Shown one piece after another: positions 57,463 to 64,000 of a stretch of DNA of 64,000 nucleotides. This stretch comes from Candidatus Iainarchaeum sp. (GTDB taxonomy: Archaea > Micrarchaeota > Micrarchaeia > Burarchaeales > Fermentimicrarchaeaceae). The notes under the pieces were generated by a model. It made no database searches, had not been told where the DNA came from, and saw nothing but the letters and a program-made list of their open reading frames with translations. The position numbers were made by a program, and so were the translations under genes. The stretch is taken from positions 10,218-74,217 of the forward strand of contig JAQTMQ010000001.1 of assembly GCA_028714235.1 (NCBI GenBank), given 5' to 3'. Every line of letters begins with the position of its first letter. Positions within the stretch are counted from its first letter, which is position 1.

Positions 57463-57731
57463 ATGACCGTAACCCCCATCGGGATGCCTGGCGCGGGGAA
57501 GGGCAACGTCGGCAGGCAGTTGGCGCGCGCTCGGGTACGGGTTCGTGGATTGCGACGCGATTGTGGAGCGGAAGCTCGGGATGCCGATTTACTGGAAGAA
57601 TTCTGAAATCCGGGTGCTGGTTGAGCGGAAGGCGAGGCCGTCGGAGACTGCCCGGCTCGTCAAGTCCAAACTCGAAAAGGGCGGCTACCTGGAAAGCGGG
57701 CCGGAAAAGGTCTGGTGCTAGCGCGGCCGGG
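57463..57731 (+). pseudogene. Frameshifted, truncated AroK-like (shikimate kinase I family) P-loop kinase remnant
   Basis: Frame 0 MTVTPIGMPGAGKGNVGRQLA then frame -1 RALGYGFVDCDAIVERKLGMPI... matches the AroK N-terminus only across a 1-nt frameshift; the reading frame ends after ~85 codons. Confidence 0.4.
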
Positions 57732-57804
57732 GTGCGGGCGTGAAGCCAGCGGTTGGCTGGCAACGGCTTTTAAACTGGGGATTTTCATAAGGGTATGGAT
57801 ACTT

Positions 57805-58860
57805 ATGTCTCCAAAATGCGCTTGGATGGCGGTTTTCGCGTTGGCTGCGCTCTTCGCTTTTGGGTGCATCGGGGGCAGCAATTCGAACCCGGGGCTGCCC
57901 ACCGCCACGCCCTCTCCGGAAGCTTCCGTTACGCCCGCGCCGACTCCTATCCATATCGCGACTCCGACGCCAACTCCGCCTCCAGTCCAGGCCGCGACTC
58001 CGAGACCTTCCCCGTTCTGCGGCGACGAAGTCCTTGACCCAGGCGAGCAATGCGAGCGCGGCAAGGAGTGCCCCGAGGGCTTTTACTGCGAAATCGGTTG
58101 CAGGTGCACGCTGTTATTCATCCCCACTCCTGCGCCTAGGCCCACCGCGGCTCCCGCTCCGTTGTACACCCCGAGTCCGACGCCAACGCCAGGCAACGTG
58201 ATTGCGAGTTGCGGCGCCGAGATTTATACGATGGGCGATTATGTGGTCGACCGGGACGTCTCCGCAATAGACTACTGCATCCGTTTCAGGGACGGCTCGG
58301 GGAGCTCGACGCTTGATTGCGGGGGGCACATGATTGGGACGTCGGCGGGGCTGAACGGCATCATCATTGACGCGCCGCGAGTCGCCGTGAGGAATTGCAG
58401 GGTAAGCGCGTTCAGGGTCGGGATTTCAATAAGCAGTGCGGGCTGGGGCTCGGTTGCCGAAAACAACACGTTCACCGGCACGTGGTTCTCGGGGCTCAAC
58501 ATTATCGGCGCGCAAAACGTAAAGGCCCTGAACAACAGCATGAACCGGACCGGGGAATACGGCGTGTACGTCGTTGGTGGCGAAGGGCATGAAATCAGTG
58601 GTAATAGTGTAACCGGAAGCAGGAACGGGATTTTCATTGTGAACTCTATCAACAACGCCGTTTACGGAAACAAACTGACGATGAACACCGGATACGGAAT
58701 ACACGTCACCGGCTCAGGCAGCGCTTTCGCGAATAACACGGTCTGCCTGAACGTGGAAGACTTTTACTGCGAGGGGCTGGAAACGGACTTGGGCGGAAAC
58801 GTTTGCGGAGTGCTGGGACACCAGACCTGCTTTGAAACCCTCAACTGCACGCCGTGCTGA
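57805..58860 (+). CDS. Secreted right-handed beta-helix (PbH1-repeat) surface protein with PT-rich linkers
   Basis: Signal peptide with FAFGCIGG lipobox-like cysteine, TP/PT linkers, Cys-rich module, repeated N..G...V.G/NN..... beta-helix repeats. Confidence 0.6.
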   Translation: MSPKCAWMAVFALAALFAFGCIGGSNSNPGLPTATPSPEASVTPAPTPIHIATPTPTPPPVQAATPRPSPFCGDEVLDPGEQCERGKECPEGFYCEIGCRCTLLFIPTPAPRPTAAPAPLYTPSPTPTPGNVIASCGAEIYTMGDYVVDRDVSAIDYCIRFRDGSGSSTLDCGGHMIGTSAGLNGIIIDAPRVAVRNCRVSAFRVGISISSAGWGSVAENNTFTGTWFSGLNIIGAQNVKALNNSMNRTGEYGVYVVGGEGHEISGNSVTGSRNGIFIVNSINNAVYGNKLTMNTGYGIHVTGSGSAFANNTVCLNVEDFYCEGLETDLGGNVCGVLGHQTCFETLNCTPC

Positions 58861-59073
58861 AATCCGGCCGCTTTTCCCCGTGGGAATAACGACGCGCAAT
58901 TCGGGGCAGGCGCGCTTCCTTTGGGCGAGCTTCACCGGCGACCCTTCGGACGGGCACGCCCCCGCGCGTTTAAAAGCCGCTTTGCGGAAAAGCTATCGAT
59001 GCGCGCGCCGGCCATAATCGTGAACTGGGTCTTCGGCAGGAAATCCAATGGGTACTTCGGGGGGTGAAATCGC

Positions 59074-60261
59074 TTGCGGCTTGCCATCGTCACTCCTTAC
59101 CTCGTCGGGCGCGCTGGAGGCGAGCGGCATGCGCTCGACCTCGCGTACAACCTCGGAAAGCTCGGGAACGAGGTGGAGCTTTTCTGCTATGCCGCAAACA
59201 GGGAAACCTGCTTCGGCGACCTCATGGCACGCGTCAAGGTCCGCAGCATTGTCCCTGAACGCGGCAGGTCGGCGCACGCGGAAATCCATTCGCGCAAGGG
59301 CTTCTTCAACAAGTACTTCCGGTTCCTGCGCCCGTATTACGAACTGCTCATGATGAGGCGGCTCGGGAACGGCATTCCGGCAGGCTTCGACGCGATTCTC
59401 TGCACGAACCAGCCCAGCGAATGGGCGGGATGGTTCGCGAAGAGGAGAACGCACGCCCCCGTCGTCTGGAACTGCAACGAGCCGCCGTTCTACCACGATG
59501 CGCGCATACGCAAGGGGATTCTTTTCGCGGCTTTCGGGTGGCCCGTTTACAAGATTTGGGACGTGAAGGCGGCCCGCTCGCTTGACAAATTCATTTCGCT
59601 GAGCCGGCTTTACAAGAAATACGTGGACCGGACTTACGGCGTCGACTCGCTCGTGGTCCACATAGGCGCTGACCCGCCCGTAGCGAAGCCCGCGTGGGAC
59701 ATCCGCCGGAAGTACGGGCTAAAGGAAGGCGCTTTCATCGTTCTCTTCGTGGGGACGTTCGTTGGTTACAAGCGCCCGCAGGATGCGGTAGGAGCGGTTT
59801 CCCGCGTCCCGGGCACCGAGCTTTTCCTCGTCGGCGAGGGAAGCGAGGAGCAAGGCTTGCGCGCCCTGGCAAGGAAGCTTGGGGTAGATGAGCGCGTCCA
59901 TTTCGTCAGCCGGCTTTCGGACTCCGAGCTCGAGTCCTTTTACGCCCAATGCGACGCGCTCGTATTCACTGCCGAGCAGTCGTGGGGTCTCGTGATTCCG
60001 GAGGCGATGCTTCGCGGAAAGCCCGTCATCACGTGCCTGGAAACCGGCGCAAGCGAGATAGTGGAAGACGGCAAAACCGGCTTCATCGTCCCGCCCCGAG
60101 ACCCCGAAGCGATTGCAAGGAAGCTCGCCTTCCTGAAGTCAACCCCGGAAGCCGGCAAGAGGATTGGGAAAAGCGCGCGCGCGTGGGCGGAAAAGCACAT
60201 GTCGCAGGAGGAATGCGCCAAAAGGGTGGAGCGCGTTCTCCGCTCGGCTTTGCGCAAGTGA
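59074..60261 (+). CDS. Glycosyltransferase family 4 (GT1 domain)
   Basis: EGSEEQG...E.WGLVIPEAMLRGKPVI GT4 signature; TTG start. Confidence 0.8.
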   Translation: MRLAIVTPYLVGRAGGERHALDLAYNLGKLGNEVELFCYAANRETCFGDLMARVKVRSIVPERGRSAHAEIHSRKGFFNKYFRFLRPYYELLMMRRLGNGIPAGFDAILCTNQPSEWAGWFAKRRTHAPVVWNCNEPPFYHDARIRKGILFAAFGWPVYKIWDVKAARSLDKFISLSRLYKKYVDRTYGVDSLVVHIGADPPVAKPAWDIRRKYGLKEGAFIVLFVGTFVGYKRPQDAVGAVSRVPGTELFLVGEGSEEQGLRALARKLGVDERVHFVSRLSDSELESFYAQCDALVFTAEQSWGLVIPEAMLRGKPVITCLETGASEIVEDGKTGFIVPPRDPEAIARKLAFLKSTPEAGKRIGKSARAWAEKHMSQEECAKRVERVLRSALRK

Positions 60262-60315
60262 ACCTTTGGGGGCGGCGGACGATAACGCAGCGGCTAACCC
60301 GTCAACAAACTCGGC

Positions 60316-61704
60316 TTAGCGCCTGCGGCCGCCCTTTTTCGGCTGCTCTTTCGCTTTTTTGGGCTTGGCTTTCCTGGGCTTCCTTTTCTCCCGCTCTTCG
60401 TCGGCCTCGGTCTCGCCGCGGCCCGGGCCGTAGCGCTCTTCCTCGCTTTGCTCGAGCCAGTCCTTGAATTCGCGGTCAAGCCTGCCCTGGTCGTATTCCA
60501 TCCCTTCGAGGACTTCGCGCGGGACTGGCTTGCCTTTCGGGGCTTCGGCCTTCCTTTCGGCTCCGGGCGCGCCTTGCGGCCGCATGGCGAGCATGTAGGC
60601 CGCCGCTCCGGCGACCAGGATTATTGCGGCGATGAATGCGTAGCCTATGTATCCCGAGATTTGCGAGAACAGGCCGGATGAAGGGGCTGGCGTTGAAGTC
60701 GGGCTGGGTATTGAGGAGGGAGTGGCAACCACTTCCGCTGGAGGGGACGGGGAGGGGCACGGGGGGATGGCGGCCGACGCGTTTCCCGCGGCGGCTATCG
60801 CGTTCCTTGAACGCGAGTCCGCGTCCCCGTACGCCCCGGAGGCGATGCTTGAAGCCGCGCCCGCAAGGTTCTCATCGGCGCGGGCGAGCTCCCCGGCTGC
60901 GGCGGAAACGTTCGCGCCGCAAATTTGGCCCCGGCTTACCGCGGCTTGCGCGCCCGTCATGTTTCCCGCCGCCCACCCGTAAAGCTGGAGCGCGTAATGG
61001 CAGCCGGGCATGGTTGCGTCGTGGAACTGGTTTGCCTCGGTTACCTGCTGCCCCGCGGTTTTCGAGTGGCTTATGGCGCTAGCCAGGTCGCAGCGCTTCA
61101 CGTAATCGCTTGCGGTCGCGAGGCTGAATGACGCCTGGGAGACGAGCGCGGTTTCGCGCGAGGTGTTGCAGCACGCCGGGCCGCTGCACGGCGGGGCGGA
61201 CTGGGCGGTCGCCTGCTGGATTTTTGCTTCGACCGAGGAGAGGATGCCGCCCATCTGCGTTTCGTAGTAAGTGGAATAGTGGAGGAGGGTCACGTTGAAC
61301 TGCTTTTCCCGCCTGCCGAGGTTTTCGCCGAGGAATGTCCCGTAAAGCGTGAAGGAGAACGCGGTCGAGCCGTTGCCCGCGCCGCCGAGCCTGACCGGAA
61401 TCGAGAAGGTGCAATGGGTCGCGGTCTCCGGCCCGATGACGCACGCCCTCCCGCCCTCGGCGATGGTGCGGGTCGGGTAGTCAAGGTAGGTGAAGTTGAC
61501 GGACATGGACGAACGGTACGGGTTGCTTATGAATGCGCGGACCTCGTAAATGGCCGGGCCGTTGCCGTCCGGGTTGCAGTTCCAGCCCTGGAACGCCGCC
61601 TGCGGGATTGTCGCGTCAAGCTGCGGGATGGACGCCGCCTGCGCGGAAAGCGCGAGTGCGGCCAACGAGAAGAGCAGGAGCTTCGTGAAACGCGGAGAAA
61701 ACAT
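60316..61704 (-). CDS. Surface glycoprotein-like protein: signal peptide, N-glyc-sequon-rich domain, P/S/T stalk, TM anchor, K/E/R-rich cytoplasmic tail
   Basis: Many NxS/T sequons, PSPSPP...PSPTSTPAPS stalk, C-terminal TM and highly charged tail. Confidence 0.5.
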   Translation of the reverse strand: MFSPRFTKLLLFSLAALALSAQAASIPQLDATIPQAAFQGWNCNPDGNGPAIYEVRAFISNPYRSSMSVNFTYLDYPTRTIAEGGRACVIGPETATHCTFSIPVRLGGAGNGSTAFSFTLYGTFLGENLGRREKQFNVTLLHYSTYYETQMGGILSSVEAKIQQATAQSAPPCSGPACCNTSRETALVSQASFSLATASDYVKRCDLASAISHSKTAGQQVTEANQFHDATMPGCHYALQLYGWAAGNMTGAQAAVSRGQICGANVSAAAGELARADENLAGAASSIASGAYGDADSRSRNAIAAAGNASAAIPPCPSPSPPAEVVATPSSIPSPTSTPAPSSGLFSQISGYIGYAFIAAIILVAGAAAYMLAMRPQGAPGAERKAEAPKGKPVPREVLEGMEYDQGRLDREFKDWLEQSEEERYGPGRGETEADEEREKRKPRKAKPKKAKEQPKKGGRRR

Positions 61705-61769
61705 GGCATGCCTCCGGCTTACTACGCTCGACTCAACTATTTAAACCATGCCAAAGAAAACTTTTCCCC

Positions 61770-62543
61770 GTGGAAACCGTTCCGGAAGCCCACCCGCGCA
61801 GGAAGTCCATCATGACGCGGCACGCGCTGGTCGCCGGCTTTGAGAAAGGCCTGGTCTGCGGCCAGGGGCTGATAGCGCAGGGGAGGGGGGAGGCGTTCGA
61901 CTACCTGCTTGGCGAGGAAACGAACGATTTCGCGAAGGACGCCTCCGAAGCCGCGGCGGCGATGCTGCTTCTCGCGAGGAGCCCGGTCGTTTCGGTGAAC
62001 GGCAACATGGCCGCGCTCTGCGCGCGCGAAATCGTCCTGCTCGCGGGCGAGGTCGGCGCGAAAATCGAGGTCAACCTTTTCTACAGGACGGACGAGCGCG
62101 TCGAGCGCGTGAGGCAGGCGCTCTCGGAAGCCGGGGCGAAACGCGTCTTGGGAGGCGAGGGGAGGGGCGAAGTGAAAATCCCCGAGCTTTTCAGCGAGAG
62201 GAGGCGCGTGAGCAGGAAAGGGATTTATTCGGCCGACGTGGTCCTCCTCGCGCTCGAGGACGGGGACAGGACGAAGGCGCTCGTGCGCATGGGAAAGAAA
62301 GTGGTTGCGGTCGACCTGAACCCGCTGTCCGCCACCTCGCAGGCGGCGACGGTCACGGTCGTTGACGAGATTACGCGCGCGATTCCCGGGATTCGCTTCG
62401 CGGCGGCTGGCCTCAGGCGGGCGAACAGGAAGGCGCTCCGCGAAAAGGTGCGCGCGTTCGACAACAGGAAAACGCTTTCGAGGGCGCTGAAGAGGATTGG
62501 GGCGCGCATGAGGGAGCTTTCAGGGGAGCTTGGCCGTGGTTGA
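61770..62543 (+). CDS. Archaeal 4-phosphopantoate--beta-alanine ligase (phosphopantothenate synthetase)
   Basis: PPS family signature (QGLIAQGRGEAFDYLLGE...SVNGNMAAL...EVNLFYRT). Confidence 0.75.
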   Translation: METVPEAHPRRKSIMTRHALVAGFEKGLVCGQGLIAQGRGEAFDYLLGEETNDFAKDASEAAAAMLLLARSPVVSVNGNMAALCAREIVLLAGEVGAKIEVNLFYRTDERVERVRQALSEAGAKRVLGGEGRGEVKIPELFSERRRVSRKGIYSADVVLLALEDGDRTKALVRMGKKVVAVDLNPLSATSQAATVTVVDEITRAIPGIRFAAAGLRRANRKALREKVRAFDNRKTLSRALKRIGARMRELSGELGRG

Positions 62544-63645
62544 CGCACTCACCTACGCGCTCGCGTCGCTTGACGTGCAGGCGCTGACTTCGCTGAGCCG
62601 GCTGGTTGACGTTTACACTCCAATCGTGTTCCCGGTTATCGCGCTCGCGCTTTACCTCGGCTATCCCAAGGTGAGGAGGAACAGGCTGAGGGTTTGCGCT
62701 TTCTTCCTTGGCCTCGCGCTCGTCGCGGCGCTCGTGTTTTTCGTCAAGTATTCCAACGAGGTCCCGCGGCCCTGCGCCGAATTCCCGTCGCTTTCAAAGC
62801 TGGGGTACTGCCCGCCCGACTACTCGTTCCCGAGCCTGCACGCCGCCTTCGCGTTCGTTTTCGCCGGCGCCAGCCTCGGCACCACGTTTTTCCCGCTTTT
62901 CCTCCTGCTTTCGCTCATGGTGGCATTCACGAGGGTGTACGCGGGCGCGCACATGATTGGCGACGTCGTCGGGGGCGCGGCCATCGCGCTTGCCGCGTAT
63001 TTCGCGGTCGAAACCCTGCTGCGGGAGCATTTCCCGGCGATAGTCCCGCCAAACGAGAGAAGGAAGGTGGAGCGCAGGAAGGACGGCGGCCTGGCGCTTG
63101 AAGTCATGCGGAACGCGGTGCACGCCGGCTTCGGGAGCGCGGTCGTCTTGGCGGCGCTCTCTTTCGGGGTCGCGTGGACCGAGACGCTGCTTTTCTCGGC
63201 TCTCGTGCTCGGCATGGTTTCCATGCATTACAGGATGAGGGGCATCCCGCAGCCCGCGCTCGACTGGCTTTTCGACCTGCTTGAGCGGCCCCGCGTAATC
63301 CCTGCGAAAGGCGCGTTCATGTACGCGTTCGGGGTGCTGCTCGCGCTCTCGTTCCTTCCCGCGCCCGAGGCGCTCGCGGTCATAGCCGTGCTCGCGTGGG
63401 GGGACAGCGCCGCGACAGTCGCCGGAAAGGCGCTCGGCGGGCCGGAGTGGCCGCACAACCGGGGAAAAAGCGTCGCGGGAAGCGCCGCGTTCGCGGTTTT
63501 CGGCGCGCTTGCGGCCTACCCGCTCGCCGGCCCGGTTGCGGTGCCGCTCGCGCTCGCGTGCGCGCTCGTTGAAACCATCGGCCTGGGGATTGACGACAAC
63601 CTGCTTATACCGGTTGCCGGCATAATGTTCTTCGCTTTGGCGTGA
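62530..63645 (+). CDS. Fusion membrane protein: N-terminal PAP2 phosphatase, C-terminal polyprenol/dolichol kinase-like (CTP-transferase family) domain
   Basis: PAP2 motifs PSLHAA...RVYAGAHMIGDVVGG; C-terminal WGDSAATVAGKALGGPEWPHNRGKSVAGS resembling CdsA/dolichol-kinase motif. Confidence 0.6.
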   Translation: MAVVDALTYALASLDVQALTSLSRLVDVYTPIVFPVIALALYLGYPKVRRNRLRVCAFFLGLALVAALVFFVKYSNEVPRPCAEFPSLSKLGYCPPDYSFPSLHAAFAFVFAGASLGTTFFPLFLLLSLMVAFTRVYAGAHMIGDVVGGAAIALAAYFAVETLLREHFPAIVPPNERRKVERRKDGGLALEVMRNAVHAGFGSAVVLAALSFGVAWTETLLFSALVLGMVSMHYRMRGIPQPALDWLFDLLERPRVIPAKGAFMYAFGVLLALSFLPAPEALAVIAVLAWGDSAATVAGKALGGPEWPHNRGKSVAGSAAFAVFGALAAYPLAGPVAVPLALACALVETIGLGIDDNLLIPVAGIMFFALA

Positions 63646-63650
63646 CGCGC

Positions 63651-64000
63651 TATGGCTGCGGACGAATTCCTCCCGTTTGACGGAAAGCAGCTTCTGCTGG
63701 TGGCCGGGGCAGCGCTCGCAGCCATCCTCGTTTTCGCGGCGCTCGCGAACCCGTCCGGAGTCGAGTTCAGGTCAACCGGGGAGAACGTCTCGTGCGGGCC
63801 GCCGGCGATTGCGCCCGGGGACGCGTACTCTTACCTCGCGTCAAGCGGAAGGGAAACCGTGCGCGTGGAAATGTCTTCCGGCGGCTTCGACGCCGCGCGC
63901 CGCTGCCGCCTCCTGCACCAGGAGTCAAGCGCCAACGCGAGCATCGACGCGTGCTTTTCCGAGGCGGACGGGTTACTCGTCTACGCGTCAAGCAGGGGAA
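63651..64000 (+). CDS. Hypothetical secreted/membrane protein (3'-partial at window edge)
   Basis: N-terminal hydrophobic segment; runs off window. Confidence 0.3.

Noticed and set aside
57561-57743. 60-aa plus-strand ORF
   Set aside because: It is the wrong-frame read-through of the AroK-like pseudogene region (Gly/Arg/Ser-rich).

Overview
This window is a GC-rich archaeal chromosomal segment, with archaeal-type genes throughout and many GTG/TTG starts. Work is from the sequence and ORF track only; manually counted coordinates may be off by ±1-3 nt.

Features I can support:
- **Conserved housekeeping genes:** RFC large subunit (5'-partial), pheT/pheS, membrane LonB, RNase Z, the DnaG primase region, Cdc48, Hjc, and the classic L44e-S27e-aIF2alpha-Nop10-PAC2 cluster. 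Nop10 is below the 60-aa ORF-track cutoff.
- **Metabolic genes:** a glnA-amt-glnK operon with a divergent lrp, ThiC, an ABC-2 exporter pair, an ADP-dependent sugar kinase, agmatinase, larC/larE/larB (nickel-pincer cofactor synthesis), purC/purE, CoaBC plus the archaeal phosphopantothenate synthetase, and an IMPase + CDP-alcohol phosphatidyltransferase pair.
- **Surface proteins:** two paralogous class-III-signal-peptide (archaeal pilin-like) genes and a beta-helix / GT4 / glycoprotein cluster.
- **tRNAs:** six genes, five of them intron-bearing. Two tRNA-Gly genes at different loci carry the same 41-43-nt non-canonical T-loop intron.

The most interesting region is a noticeably AT-richer ~9.7 kb island inserted right after an intron-bearing tRNA-Phe (about 17.8-27.5 kb). 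It encodes two paralogous tyrosine recombinases, small wHTH and RHH regulators, a TP-repeat surface protein, a large P-loop NTPase followed by an iteron-like repeat block (candidate origin), a palindrome cluster, and a GNAT-type toxin-antitoxin pair.

Other points worth a second look:
- a protease-less Lon-like AAA+ paralog with a zinc-ribbon insertion
- a secreted, membrane-anchored Lon-S16 domain protein
- a membrane-tethered wHTH regulator with an extracellular domain
- a frameshifted AroK-like kinase remnant next to tRNA-Met
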